A stretch of DNA of 64,000 bases from Trichormus sp. ATA11-4-KO1 (GCA_019358915.1 JAHHIM010000073.1:32001-96000), one strand, 5' to 3'. Positions 36,950 to 47,940 are shown, counted from the stretch's first letter. Notes: generated from the sequence alone by a model not told the origin. A program made the numbers and translations.

Positions 36950-37987
36950 TCATACCAAACATTTCTGCAACTGCGAGTGAATTTTACTAGTTTCCAAGTT
37001 TCGGCCAATGAAAACTAGCTGATTTTTCGCTGGAGAATACCATTCATCGGCGTGTAAATTGTAACGAGGTCCACTCAGTTGGAAAATATGGCGCAAGTCA
37101 CTGTCACTAAACCAGAGAATACCCTTAGCACGAAATACCCCCTCTGGCATTTCTTCCGTGAGGAAGGCTTCAAATTTGTGAACATCAAATGGGCGATCGC
37201 TTTGGAAAGAAATTGAAATAAATCCATCATTCTCTAAATGATCTGAGTGATGGTGATGATGTTCATGGTGGTGGTGTTCATGGTGATGATGATGATGTTC
37301 CTCGTGGGTATCTGCTTCAGCAATCGAGATATACTGAGCTTTGGGTGTTAACTCTGTGCCTAAAATCAATGGTAATGGCACTTGTCCATACTGGGTATGT
37401 AAAATCTTTGCACCCACTTTGACTTCATGGATGTAAGATTCTAATTCTTGGAGTTTCTCTGGGGTCACCAGGTCAATTTTATTCAGAAGAATAATATCTC
37501 CATAAGTTATTTGTTTTAACGCTGATTCACTCTGGAAATGTTCGGCGTTAAATGCTTCTGCATCTACCAAAGTCAGAATCGAATCGAGGTTGGTTAAATC
37601 TCTGAGTTCTGTTCCTAAGAAAGTTAAAATAATTGGTAATGGATCAGCAACACCAGTGGTTTCAATTACTAGATAATCAATGCGGTCTTCTCGTTCTAAT
37701 ACTCGATAAACAGCATCAACTAACCCATCGTTGATGGTACAACAAATACAACCGTTGCTGAGTTCCATCATGTCTTGGTCTACAGAAACTAGTAATTGGC
37801 TGTCAATGTTAATATCACCAAATTCATTGACTAAGACAGCAACTTTTAAGTCGTCTTTGTTTTTGAGAATTTGATTGAGAAGTGTAGTTTTACCACTGCC
37901 TAAAAATCCTGTGATGAGAGTAACAGGCATTCCCCTTTTAGGAATTTCAGGCATGATGTTGGTGTCTGATGCATTGAGAGTAGTCAT
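36950..37987 (-). CDS. COG0523 zinc-metallochaperone GTPase (copy 2)
   Basis: Same GTPase and GCICC motifs, with a poly-His loop HHHHHHEHHHHEHHHHH. Start at ATG 37987. Confidence 0.95.
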   Translation of the reverse strand: MTTLNASDTNIMPEIPKRGMPVTLITGFLGSGKTTLLNQILKNKDDLKVAVLVNEFGDINIDSQLLVSVDQDMMELSNGCICCTINDGLVDAVYRVLEREDRIDYLVIETTGVADPLPIILTFLGTELRDLTNLDSILTLVDAEAFNAEHFQSESALKQITYGDIILLNKIDLVTPEKLQELESYIHEVKVGAKILHTQYGQVPLPLILGTELTPKAQYISIAEADTHEEHHHHHHEHHHHEHHHHHSDHLENDGFISISFQSDRPFDVHKFEAFLTEEMPEGVFRAKGILWFSDSDLRHIFQLSGPRYNLHADEWYSPAKNQLVFIGRNLETSKIHSQLQKCLV

Positions 37988-38054
37988 ATTGATATTGATA
38001 AAATGTGCAGATTTTTGCAAAAGAGAAATTCAGGCTCGTGAATGTTTGAGATTG

Positions 38055-39911
38055 CTAGATTGATGCTTTCGAGGCGATCACATCCTGTAACCGTTGTAAG
38101 ATTTCATTGGTAGTTAGTACACCTAAATCACCAGTTTGTCTGGTGCGGATACTTAATGTTTTGCTTTCTGCCTCTCTTTTACCGATAACGACAACCACGG
38201 GAATTTTTTCTAATTCTGCTGTGCGAATTTGTTTACCTAGTCGTTCACCACTATTATCTATTTCTACCCTTATCCCGGCTTTTTTCAAAGTGGCAGCTAC
38301 AGATTTGGCATATTCACGCACGTCATCGCTAACAGGTAAAAGTCTCGTTTGTACTGGTGCTAACCACAAAGGAAAATCACCAGCATAATTCTCAATTAAG
38401 ATGCCAAAAAAACGCTCTAAAGAACCAAAAATAGCGCGATGAATCATAATTGGTCTTTGGCGATCGCCACCAGGGGCAACATATTCTATATTAAAGCGTT
38501 CGGGCAAGTTAAAATCAACTTGAATGGTAGAACATTGCCAGCGACGACCAATGGCATCTTCTATTTTAATGTCGATTTTGGGGCCGTAAAATGCGCCACC
38601 ACCTTCATCAATAATGTAATCCCAACCTTTGGTATCTAAAGCTGCTTGCAGTGCAGCAGTTGCTAATTCCCAAACTTGATCATTACCTACTGATTTTTCA
38701 GGACGGGTAGATAAGTTAACTTCGTAGTTGGTAAACCCAAAGTCTGACAAAATTTGTGCAGTCAAATTTAAAACACCCAAAATTTCCGGTGCTATTTGCT
38801 CAGGTAAACAAAAAATGTGAGCATCATCTTGAGTAAATCCCCTGACTCGCATCAAACCGTGTAAAGCACCAGAACGTTCGTAGCGATAGACTGTACCCAG
38901 TTCACACACCCGAATTGGTAACTCTCTATAAGAATGAAGTTGATGCTTATAGGTGAGAACATGGAAAGGACAATTCATCGGCTTGAGTTGATAAGCCTGT
39001 TGTTCTACATCTATCGAGTCAAACATATTTTCCCGATAGAAGTCAAAGTGACCGGATGTCTTCCACAGTTCTAAATTAGCGATGTGGGGGGTGTAAAGTA
39101 GTTGATAGTCCGCTTCTAAGTGCGATCGCTTCCAGTAATCTTCTATGATGTGACGGATGATAGCTCCTTTAGGATGCCAGAATACTAAACCACCGCCAGC
39201 ATCTTCTTCTATACTGAACAGATTCAAATCTTGACCTAGCTTTCTGTGGTCACGACGCAGTGCTTCTTCTCTGTGTTTTAGGTAGGCTTGTAATGCTTCT
39301 GGAGTTTCCCATGCAGTGCCATAAATGCGTTGTAGCATAGGCTTGGTTTCATCCCCTTGCCAATATGCACCCGCGACATTTAACAGCGTGAAGGCATTAG
39401 GATGAATTTCGCCAGTAAAGTTGACATGGGGCCCCGCGCACAAATCCCACCAGTAATCTGGGAAAATTTTCAAATCGCCTTGTGGGACTTCAAATAACGA
39501 GGGTTCTAGCTGCACACCAGCATCAGGACTGCCAATAAAATAACGGATAATTATTTCATCTGCGGGGATGCGTGCTAAAATTTCTACTTTGTAAGTCTCA
39601 CCCCAGCGTTCAATTTCCTCCCGAATTTCCTCCCGTGGGACTTCCTCCCGGATGATGGGCAAATTAGCTTGTATTATCTGGCGCATCTCGCCAGTAATTT
39701 TAGCCAAGTCCTCTGGAGTGAAGCTAACGGGACTATCAAAGTCATAGTAAAAGCCTGTCTCTGTTACTGGGCCAGTTGCTACTCTAGTCCCCGGAAATAA
39801 CTTTTGCACAGCCATCGCCAAGATGTGGGCGCAGGTGTGGCGAATTTGTACCAGTTTTTGATTGTCTTGCTGGTTCAATTGTTCCTGGGACTGAGTTAAA
39901 GAACTAACCAT
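38055..39911 (-). CDS. thrS2: Threonine--tRNA ligase, probably the low-zinc paralog
   Basis: RHTCAH, DLCAGPH, KPMNCP, RYERSG, QDDAH, AFYGPKID and MIHRA motifs. The Zur box and COG0523-folE context match Anabaena thrS2. Confidence 0.88.
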   Translation of the reverse strand: MVSSLTQSQEQLNQQDNQKLVQIRHTCAHILAMAVQKLFPGTRVATGPVTETGFYYDFDSPVSFTPEDLAKITGEMRQIIQANLPIIREEVPREEIREEIERWGETYKVEILARIPADEIIIRYFIGSPDAGVQLEPSLFEVPQGDLKIFPDYWWDLCAGPHVNFTGEIHPNAFTLLNVAGAYWQGDETKPMLQRIYGTAWETPEALQAYLKHREEALRRDHRKLGQDLNLFSIEEDAGGGLVFWHPKGAIIRHIIEDYWKRSHLEADYQLLYTPHIANLELWKTSGHFDFYRENMFDSIDVEQQAYQLKPMNCPFHVLTYKHQLHSYRELPIRVCELGTVYRYERSGALHGLMRVRGFTQDDAHIFCLPEQIAPEILGVLNLTAQILSDFGFTNYEVNLSTRPEKSVGNDQVWELATAALQAALDTKGWDYIIDEGGGAFYGPKIDIKIEDAIGRRWQCSTIQVDFNLPERFNIEYVAPGGDRQRPIMIHRAIFGSLERFFGILIENYAGDFPLWLAPVQTRLLPVSDDVREYAKSVAATLKKAGIRVEIDNSGERLGKQIRTAELEKIPVVVVIGKREAESKTLSIRTRQTGDLGVLTTNEILQRLQDVIASKASI

Positions 39912-39924
39912 ATCTGAAAAATAA

Positions 39925-39939
39925 TGAGAATCGTTATCA
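39925..39939 (-). promoter_or_regulatory. Zur (FurB) box
   Basis: Minus strand TGATAAC-G-ATTCTCA versus the 7-1-7 consensus TGATAATNATTATCA. Lies 13 bp before the thrS ATG and adjoins a TAATAT -10. Confidence 0.8.
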
Positions 39940-40145
39940 TATTAGCGCAAAAAAACCAGTAGCACCATGTTTGAGGTTAATTGCTGAGCATACATAACAG
40001 GGGACGGGCGACAGGCGACAGGGAATAGGCTTAAAAGTTTGTTGGTGTCCGGGTTTGATGATTAGTTTATGTTTGAAGTTTCATGATAACTGCTATATTT
40101 TTCCGGAAAGCAGAAATAGGCTTAGCAAAAATTATTACCAACAAT

Positions 40146-40171
40146 AAAAAATGCCCACTGGCGCGGGCATT
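40146..40171 (-). terminator. Orphan intrinsic terminator
   Basis: AATGCCC/GGGCATT stem with a U-tract on the minus strand. Confidence 0.55.
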
Positions 40172-40530
40172 GAGTAGGCTTTCTGTCACTTTTATTGGCT
40201 ACAATCATGTTGTATCATGATGTTTTTATTTTTCTCGATTCCCAATAATAAATCAAGCCTCAAAAACTATAACTTTAGACATAATTCATGTAATTATATC
40301 TTTTTATTTAGATATTTAACAGTTGGGATTTGGAGGACTAAAAGATAATTTTCATCATAGGTGATATCTTTATACAATTTCAATTAAACTTTGGTAATAA
40401 ATTGTCTATTTGTATAGCATAACCTTAGTTTTTACTACCAGTATTTTTTAGACAAAATTCACATATTTATGTCTATTGGACTGCGGACTTTTTAAGAATT
40501 TTCCATTAAAAAGGTAAATGTGGTCAGGTT

Positions 40531-40563
40531 AAAAACCCCAGGGATTCCCAGTCCTGGGGTTTT
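40531..40563. terminator. Orphan bidirectional terminator
   Basis: AAAAACCCCAGG...CCTGGGGTTTT. Confidence 0.65.
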
Positions 40564-41000
40564 ACTTTGCTCTTGTATAGTTATCGGAAGCATATACTGT
40601 AGAGTATAAAAATAAATGTATTATCTAATATTTAAAGCAGCTATAGTTAAACGATTACATTGCTTCCGGGTAACAGAATCTACTATGTTAATAATTTAAC
40701 AGTTGTGAATATCACCTGATTAATAGTAAAAATTATCTTTTTATACAAAAAATTAGATTTAAGATTAATACTGCAAAAATAAATATATTTAGATTCGTCT
40801 CAAGATAGATGAAACCAAGTTAGTAATTAGCCTATATTATTAAATATAAAACAAAGAGCGTTACGACTTGAGGATGCATCTGCTATAATGACCAATATAG
40901 ATTAACACAGAGTAAAAATTAATATCTTTACTCTGTGTCTATTTGCAATTGTGTATTTGGCTATTAGTTGAGTATTAGATAAATACTTTTCCTTTGCAAT

Positions 41001-41141
41001 TATAGCGTTTCCTAATCTGCTAAAGTACTGAATACATCGCTAATAAAATTTGACAATCTTTGCGTAACTCTGCGCTACCTTAGCGTTCCTCTGCATTAAA
41101 AAATATTAGTTCTGTACCTCACTTAGTTGGGAAGCGCTATA
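41001..41141. mobile_element. TA-flanked MITE
   Basis: Left end TATAGCGTTTCCTAA...GTACTGAA; right end reverse complement TATAGCGCTTCCCAA...GTACAGAA. Confidence 0.65.
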
Positions 41142-41192
41142 GGCGATATTTAATAGCTTTTATTTAAGGGAAAACTAGTTGAAACTTTAAGA

Positions 41193-43358
41193 TTACTTCC
41201 GAGTTTTACGCCGCCATTTTTCCCGGACTAAACGAATTTCATCAAAAGTATAGTTGTCACCTAGTTGTTCTTTAATTGGTGTCAGCGAAATGTCACCCAG
41301 AACTTCTAAAACTTGCCAAATTTTTTGTTGATGCTCTAGTGGTACTAGCTGATTTAAATCTACAGGCTGATTTTTTTCCATTAACTTTGAAAGGTGATTG
41401 AGAATTGTCGCCGGACTAAGATTGCGTTTGTGGGCAATTTCGGCAATACTCAAACCTTCTTGATGCAATCTTAAGGTCACTAACTCAGTATCAGTAGGTA
41501 AATTCTTAAAAGCTATAGAACCTGTAGAATTATCGGGTTGTTCTGGCGCACCTTGTTCTTGACGGTAAGTTTTAATTTCTGTGAGAAACTTTTTACCATA
41601 TTGAGCCAGTTTGTGACTACCCACGCCAGAAAGTTTAGCAAAATCGGTTAAAGATTGCGGTTGTACCTGCGCCATTAATTTCAAGGTAGAATCTGGAAAC
41701 ACAACATAAGGTGGTACAGACTGTTCATCAGCCAATTGTTTGCGGAGCGATCGCAACCTCTGCAATAATATTTCTGCCTCAACAGCTTTTTCGCTTCCCT
41801 CTTCCCAAGTTATTTTTTGGGCTATAGGAACAGCAATGGTAACTGTACGCTGTCGCCGCATTACTTGCCAACTGAGGGCGTTAAGTTTCAAAACTGAGTA
41901 ACCATCGCTGGTTTGTTCTAATAACCCTTGATGTAACAGAGAACGTCCCAGCATTCGCCACTCATCTAAACTTCTATCTTTGCCGATACCGTAGGTGGAA
42001 AGTTTGTCATGTTCATTTTGGGTAATTTTCTGGTTTTTAGCACCCCGTAGCACATCAATAATATGCAACATCCCAAATCTTTCCTGACAACGCGCCACAC
42101 AAGATAAAAATTTCATGGCTTCAATTGTCCAGTCTTGTACTGGTTTGGGATAACGACAATTATCACAGTTACCGCAATTACCCGGAAACCGTTCGCCAAA
42201 ATAACCTAGCTGAATTGTCCGCCGACAATCTGTACCTTCAGCATAGTCAATTACCTGGCGCAATTGTTGTTTGGCAATTAACTGTTCTTGAGGGTCAGTT
42301 TTTTGGTTAATACTCCATTCAATGGTTTTAATATCACTAAAACTAAAAAATAATGTACAACGAGAAGGTTCACTATCTCTTCCCGCCCTACCTGATTCTT
42401 GATAATAACTTTCTAAATTGCGCGGTAAATCAAAATGAACTACCAGCCGCACATCAGGCTTATTAATGCCCATACCAAAGGCAATTGTCGCCACCATCAC
42501 GCGCACATCATCGCGAATAAAGCGAGTTTGATTTTGGGAACGTTCTTCGTCACTTAAACCAGCATGATAAGCCAAAGCCGCAATCTTATCATTTTGCAGT
42601 TTAAATGTGAGTTCATCAACCTTTTTACGAGTTAGACAATAAATAATTGCCGAACCATCAGTTTCCCGGACAAGTTCTAATAATTCGGCATAAGCAGACT
42701 TCGATTTAGCCCTAACTTCATAGTAAAGATTTTGTCGATTAAAGCTAGCAACGTGAATGCTAGGTTGCCTTAACCCTAATTGTTGGATGATATCACTCCG
42801 CACACGATCTGTAGCTGTAGCAGTGAGGGCGGTAGTAGGGACATCTGCATAGCGTTTTCGCAGAGATTTCAATTGACGATATTCTGGACGAAAATCGTGT
42901 CCCCACTCAGAAACGCAGTGTGCTTCGTCAATAGCAAAAGTAGAAATGCCGATTTGGTGATGTACTAAATCTAGAAACGGTAGAAACCTTTCACTTAAAA
43001 GCCGTTCGGGCGCGACGTAAAGTAATCTCACCTTACCATTGAGAATGGCATCCTCACGCGATCGCACCTTATAGGGATTCAGACTACTATTGAGAAAAGT
43101 CGCTGAAATATTATTATTTCGCAGTCCTTCCACTTGGTCTTGCATCAAAGCGATTAACGGCGACACCACCACCGTTAAACCCTTCTTGATTAAGGCTGGT
43201 AACTGAAAACACAAAGATTTTCCTCCACCCGTAGGCATCACCACCAATAAATCCCGATTTTGCAGCGCATCTTCGATAATTTGTCGTTGTCCAGGGCGGA
43301 AGTTATCGTAACCGAAGTGATATTTCAGCGCTTGTTCGAGATTGGGATACTGAAGCAT
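41193..43358 (-). CDS. recQ: DNA helicase RecQ
   Basis: MPTGGGKS, DEAHC.SEWGHDFRP, QESGRAGRD, CRR...CGNCDNC, then RQC, HRDC and C-terminal HTH regions. Confidence 0.98.
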   Translation of the reverse strand: MLQYPNLEQALKYHFGYDNFRPGQRQIIEDALQNRDLLVVMPTGGGKSLCFQLPALIKKGLTVVVSPLIALMQDQVEGLRNNNISATFLNSSLNPYKVRSREDAILNGKVRLLYVAPERLLSERFLPFLDLVHHQIGISTFAIDEAHCVSEWGHDFRPEYRQLKSLRKRYADVPTTALTATATDRVRSDIIQQLGLRQPSIHVASFNRQNLYYEVRAKSKSAYAELLELVRETDGSAIIYCLTRKKVDELTFKLQNDKIAALAYHAGLSDEERSQNQTRFIRDDVRVMVATIAFGMGINKPDVRLVVHFDLPRNLESYYQESGRAGRDSEPSRCTLFFSFSDIKTIEWSINQKTDPQEQLIAKQQLRQVIDYAEGTDCRRTIQLGYFGERFPGNCGNCDNCRYPKPVQDWTIEAMKFLSCVARCQERFGMLHIIDVLRGAKNQKITQNEHDKLSTYGIGKDRSLDEWRMLGRSLLHQGLLEQTSDGYSVLKLNALSWQVMRRQRTVTIAVPIAQKITWEEGSEKAVEAEILLQRLRSLRKQLADEQSVPPYVVFPDSTLKLMAQVQPQSLTDFAKLSGVGSHKLAQYGKKFLTEIKTYRQEQGAPEQPDNSTGSIAFKNLPTDTELVTLRLHQEGLSIAEIAHKRNLSPATILNHLSKLMEKNQPVDLNQLVPLEHQQKIWQVLEVLGDISLTPIKEQLGDNYTFDEIRLVREKWRRKTRK

Positions 43359-43458
43359 GGCGATGAGTCTTTCAGGGGCGTTCTGTATGTGTCGTTACGA
43401 AGATAACAGCATTATAGAAGCCCTGGCGACTAGAAGTCGCAGTGCGCTGGGAATTTAA

Positions 43459-43493
43459 TGAGTGCTGAGTGCTGAGTGCTGAGTGCTGAGTGC
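43459..43493. repeat. STRR heptamer array (TGAGTGC)x5
   Basis: Five exact units. Inverted copies (GCACTC) follow at about 43506-43520 and 43622-43632. Confidence 0.85.
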
Positions 43494-43633
43494 TGAGAGT
43501 ACTCTGCACTCTCGCACTCGGTAAATGCCCTGCTCCTCGTGGGCGGAATCTGATAATTGGGAGAAGGTTGATACCACGCGAAGTGTGGGCGGTCTTTTAA
43601 CTCAGGAAGGATGCACTTTCAACTCAGCACTCT

Positions 43634-44821
43634 TCAGATCACTGCTACACGAGGCAGACGATGCTTGAAACCGCAAAGAATTTCCCAAGAGATAGTATTT
43701 AACTGTTCTGCCCAATCGTTAGCTGAGATTTGTTCTTTGCCCTGTTCTCCCAGTAAAGTGACTATTTCTCCTTCTTGTAAATCTGGAATAGCACTGACAT
43801 CTAGCATCAACTGATCCATGGTAATGGTGCCAATCTGTGGTATGCGGTGACCGCGAATTAACACCTGAATTTTTTGGGAAAGATTGCGCGGTACGCCATC
43901 AGCGTAACCAATACCAACCACAGCGAGACGGAGTTCGTGAGGTGCGATAAATTGTTGACCATAGCTGACACCAGTTCCGGCGGCAATGGTTTTGACGTGG
44001 GTAACTCGCGCCTTTAATTGTAATACTGGCTTGAGGTCGATGACATTTTGTAAATGCGGTGCTGGATATAGTCCGTAAATAGCTAAACCCGCTCGGACAA
44101 TGTCGTAATGTAATGCTGGATTTGTCAGAGTGGCGGCTGAGTTTGCTAAGTGTAAGCAAGGTGGCTGGATTCCCATTGCTTTGACTTGGGCGATCGCTTG
44201 CTCAAATCGTCTATGCTGTTCTTGCATTACCGTAGTATCAGGACTATCGGCTGTAGCTAGGTGAGAATAAATGCTAGCAATGGCAAGATGCGGTAAGCGC
44301 TGGACTAACTGCACAAACTCAACGGCTTCTTTCCAGTCAGTTCCTAACCTGGACATGCCCGTGTCTAATTTAATGTGTACGGGTACGGGGGAACCATAAT
44401 TAATGGTTTCTAAAGTATTGGAAAAAACGAGAGCTTGTTTGGGACTGCACACAGTTGGCTGTAGTTTCCAGTGAGCGATCGCATGGATTTGTTCTGGTGT
44501 ATGGGCTGCCCCTAAAATCAAAATTGGTGCTTTTATCCCACCTTCCCGTAATTGAATACCTTCTGGAACTGTGGCAACTCCCAACCAACTGGCTCCTGAT
44601 TGCAGTGCTGTTTGAGCAACTGTTACGGCTCCATGACCATAGGCATCAGCTTTTACCACTGCCATCAACTGCGTGCGTGGCGATAAAAACTTTACCAGTT
44701 GCTGTATATTGTGCGATAACGCCCCTAGATCGATTTCTACCCAGGCGCGCTGCGAGAACCAAGCGTAGGTGTCGCACTGTTGACTATCAGCAAAGGTAGG
44801 GGTTTGCTTGCGACTTAACAT
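43634..44821 (-). CDS. alr: Alanine racemase
   Basis: AVVKADAYGHG, KLDTGMSRLG, GYADG and MDQ motifs. Confidence 0.98.
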   Translation of the reverse strand: MLSRKQTPTFADSQQCDTYAWFSQRAWVEIDLGALSHNIQQLVKFLSPRTQLMAVVKADAYGHGAVTVAQTALQSGASWLGVATVPEGIQLREGGIKAPILILGAAHTPEQIHAIAHWKLQPTVCSPKQALVFSNTLETINYGSPVPVHIKLDTGMSRLGTDWKEAVEFVQLVQRLPHLAIASIYSHLATADSPDTTVMQEQHRRFEQAIAQVKAMGIQPPCLHLANSAATLTNPALHYDIVRAGLAIYGLYPAPHLQNVIDLKPVLQLKARVTHVKTIAAGTGVSYGQQFIAPHELRLAVVGIGYADGVPRNLSQKIQVLIRGHRIPQIGTITMDQLMLDVSAIPDLQEGEIVTLLGEQGKEQISANDWAEQLNTISWEILCGFKHRLPRVAVI

Positions 44822-45348
44822 TTTTACACACTCCTATCATCCCACTGTTAAGCTTCCAGATTGTACGTAGTTGATGACGACTGTTTGTTCTTTATTCACA
44901 CCGCTAGAAGCCACATCAGAGTTAATTTGGAAGTTTACACTTCATTGTGGAATTTACACAAGGTACTGAGGTGGCAGATGTGTGAATCAAGTTAAATTAA
45001 TATTCTCTAAAATGCTGTATTCCCTTTGTTTTCCAGACCTACAGAGCATCACGTCTTCAACTCAATTAGTTTAATCAATACTGCCCATATTGAGAAATTA
45101 AGCATCTGGATCTCGGTCAAGAGTTATAAATTGTTTTTAGTACTGAGAGTCAATAGTGACAGGAAAACTATTTGCTTGTGTCTACCAGAAATCGGCCTAA
45201 GTAATGTCTTCGTCAGGGTCTATCATAAATTATGAGCCATAACTAGTTTTAGTTCCTGAATTATTTCGGAAGTATAATTTATCCTCATCTCCCAAGCAGA
45301 ATAACTTTGTGTTAATATATGTAAAACTAATACCTTGAGCGCTAACCA

Positions 45349-45846
45349 ATGGGGAAGGTTTTAGTCCTAAACGCCTCTTACGAACCGCTCAATATCACGA
45401 GCTGGCGTCGCGCTGTGGTTCTGTTAATTAAAGGCAAAGCAGAACGTGTTGAACACAACGGTAAATTCTTGTACACTGATTTTCCGTTGCCAACCGTAAT
45501 CCGGTTGCGCCATTACGTGCGCGTTCCCTATAAGGAAATTCCTCTAACTCGCCGAAATATCTTGCACCGTGACGGTCATGCTTGTCAGTACTGCGGTTAT
45601 ACTGGCGATGAGTTGACACTAGACCACGTGCTACCGCGATCGCGTGGCGGAGGCGATACCTGGGAAAACATTGTTACAGCTTGTGTCCGTTGCAATGTTA
45701 AAAAAGGGAACCGCACACCCTACGAAGCTCATATGCCGTTGCGTCATCCTCCACGCCAACCTTACAGCAGCCTATATTTTGAGGTTAGCAAACATCTCAA
45801 GAGCGGACTGCATACAGAGTGGCAAAAATATGTCATAGGTCTTTGA
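45349..45846 (+). CDS. HNH endonuclease (McrA-like, conserved cyanobacterial type)
   Basis: VLVLNASYEPL, RD...CQYCG, TLDHV.PRSRGG..W.N.V.AC..CN..KG. Confidence 0.92.
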   Translation: MGKVLVLNASYEPLNITSWRRAVVLLIKGKAERVEHNGKFLYTDFPLPTVIRLRHYVRVPYKEIPLTRRNILHRDGHACQYCGYTGDELTLDHVLPRSRGGGDTWENIVTACVRCNVKKGNRTPYEAHMPLRHPPRQPYSSLYFEVSKHLKSGLHTEWQKYVIGL

Positions 45847-46025
45847 CGCTAAGGTAATCACCCTAAAGGACTAAAAGAATTGTCACCTGTCGGAGGTGCG
45901 ATATCTTTGCGCCTGTCAGAGTACCTCTGTACGGGTCTAAGGTAAGCTTGTCCCTTGAAAATCAATAATTTGGCGTTAAACTACAGGATGTTTTCCAGCA
46001 TCTGGTAAAGCATTGTCCCCAATGG

Positions 46026-46110
46026 CTAGTACCGCCGTGAAGTCAAAAGTCAGAAGGCTTTTATTTTAGGCATTTGAATTTGTATCTCTATTTACGCCGC
46101 AGAGTACTAG
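46026..46110. repeat. CTAG-bounded small repeat element
   Basis: CTAGTAC...GTACTAG inverted ends with an internal AAGTCA repeat. Confidence 0.5.
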
Positions 46111-46404
46111 GCAAACGGTATATCAGCGCCTTATGCTATCTCAATATATTGTAAAATAACTCAGTCAGCCAGAAATTTTCCTTGATATTTCCGAGGAAAA
46201 TGTGAAATCAACTCTTTTTTTCGGGAAAAATAGCCAGCAACTTTGGTTAAAAATTCTATTTACCAATTGGATTGACAAAAATAAGCCCAGATAAGTATCC
46301 CAACATTCCTCTATTTTTGCGAAGATCAAAATGTGTCTCTAAATCAGAATAGTGTTGGTTGTATTATTTCTTAACAAATCAACGGAGGCTCAAACTCACT
46401 CAAG

Positions 46405-47700
46405 ATGTCCCCTATGCAATTGAATTCTTCCTCTAAGCAATCGGAAAGTTTCTTATTGACCACAGAGCCTAGCCCAGAGGATGCTGAAATAGACAAAGAA
46501 GCAATCAAAGTTTCACTTATCAAACCATCATTGCCGTCATCTACAGGAGAAGCAGGCAATGGCAAATTAAGTCAACGGAGTAATTCCGAGGCTTTTCAGA
46601 AATCGGCAGAACTGCAAAAAACTTTTTTAGCGCATCAACATGAGCGTCATTTAGTAATTCTGCAAGATTTTCCTGACCCTGATGCTCTCTCTTGTGCTTG
46701 GACTTACCAGTTAATTACTCAGCAATATGATATTAAATGTGAAATTATTTATGCTGGTACACTGAGCCATCAAGAGAACATTGCCTTAGTTAAGCTGACT
46801 GGTTTACCTGCCCAGCGCTGGACATTGCAGACCCTGAAAAGTAAAGACCTATCATCTTATCAAGGCTTTGTATTAATTGATAACCAGGGAACTACTAGTC
46901 AGCTACTAACAGCTGTACAGCAGGCAGGAATTCCATTAGTCGCAGTCATTGACCATCATAGTTTACAGGCGGAACTCAAATCAGACTTTGTTGATGTCCG
47001 TCCTCATGTGCGAGCAACTGCAACGATTTTTACTCAGTACTTGCAATCAGGGTTATTGACCTTAGATAGCAGCATCAGCCAACATGTCAAATGTGCTACA
47101 GCCTTAATGCATGGGTTGCGGTCAGATACCAATCGGCTAATGCAAGCCCAAGAAGAAGATTTCATGGCGGCTGCATATCTGAGTCGATTTTATGATGCGC
47201 AACTGCTGAACGCCATTTTACAGGCGAATCGTTCCAAGCGGGTAATGGATGTCATAGAGCGATCGCTGAAAAACCGCATCGTGCAAAATAACTTTTCCCT
47301 TGCTGGCGTTGGTTATCTTCGTTACGAAGACCGGGATGCTATTCCCCAAGCAGCAGATTTCCTAGTCACAGAAGAAAATGTCCATACCGCAGTAGTTTAC
47401 GGCATCGTTCACGACGAAGATGATGAGTTAGAAGTGGTGATTGGTTCCTTGAGAACTACCAAACTTACTCTTGACCCTGATGAGTTTATTAAAGAAGCCT
47501 TTGGGCAAGATAGTACAGGACGCTTTTTTGGTGGTGGACGCACAGGCGCTGGCGGTTTTGAAATCCCGATGGGTTTCTTGTCTGGCAGTAACGAAAATGC
47601 CGCCTATGCCAAAATGAAATGGGAAGTGTATGATTCTCAAGTCAAGCAAAAGCTACTCAAGTTAGTCAACCCTAAAGACAACCCCATTGAATCAGAGTAA
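46405..47700 (+). CDS. nrnA: DHH-family phosphoesterase (NrnA-like oligoribonuclease/pAp phosphatase)
   Basis: PDPDAL, IDHH, SDT and GGGR.GAGG motifs. Confidence 0.85.
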   Translation: MSPMQLNSSSKQSESFLLTTEPSPEDAEIDKEAIKVSLIKPSLPSSTGEAGNGKLSQRSNSEAFQKSAELQKTFLAHQHERHLVILQDFPDPDALSCAWTYQLITQQYDIKCEIIYAGTLSHQENIALVKLTGLPAQRWTLQTLKSKDLSSYQGFVLIDNQGTTSQLLTAVQQAGIPLVAVIDHHSLQAELKSDFVDVRPHVRATATIFTQYLQSGLLTLDSSISQHVKCATALMHGLRSDTNRLMQAQEEDFMAAAYLSRFYDAQLLNAILQANRSKRVMDVIERSLKNRIVQNNFSLAGVGYLRYEDRDAIPQAADFLVTEENVHTAVVYGIVHDEDDELEVVIGSLRTTKLTLDPDEFIKEAFGQDSTGRFFGGGRTGAGGFEIPMGFLSGSNENAAYAKMKWEVYDSQVKQKLLKLVNPKDNPIESE

Positions 47701-47940
47701 GCCTTGTAATTAATTACAAGTACCAGAAACTCATAGTAAAAGTCCGTTACAACTAACTTAAAGACAGCATTTATTTAGTGGGGGTTTAGCATTGCTAGAC
47801 CCTTATCAATTAATTTAGTTTAAAACCAAGAAATGTATTTCTAAATAACAAATTCTGAAAATAACATTATATAAATTTTATGTATTAATTCACCTTTCTT
47901 GTGTAGTTCATACCTCAGTTATTGGTGACGGAGAAATGCC

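Noticed and set aside
40102..40107. TCCGGA as a heterocyst DIF1 promoter motif
   Set aside because: A lone hexamer with no supporting TSS or downstream gene.
43440..43635. Tandem repeats as a CRISPR array
   Set aside because: 7-bp units without spacers (STRR); no cas genes in the window.
45349..45846. HNH nuclease as a defence or RNA-guided (IscB-like) effector
   Set aside because: Short conserved type next to alr, with no RuvC, no array and no recognisable guide RNA.
45850..46020. Possible c-di-GMP-I or c-di-AMP riboswitch upstream of the DHH phosphoesterase (contains CGGGTCTAAGG)
   Set aside because: Lacks the GGCAAA/GAAA/GACGCAAAG core and the ydaO motifs.
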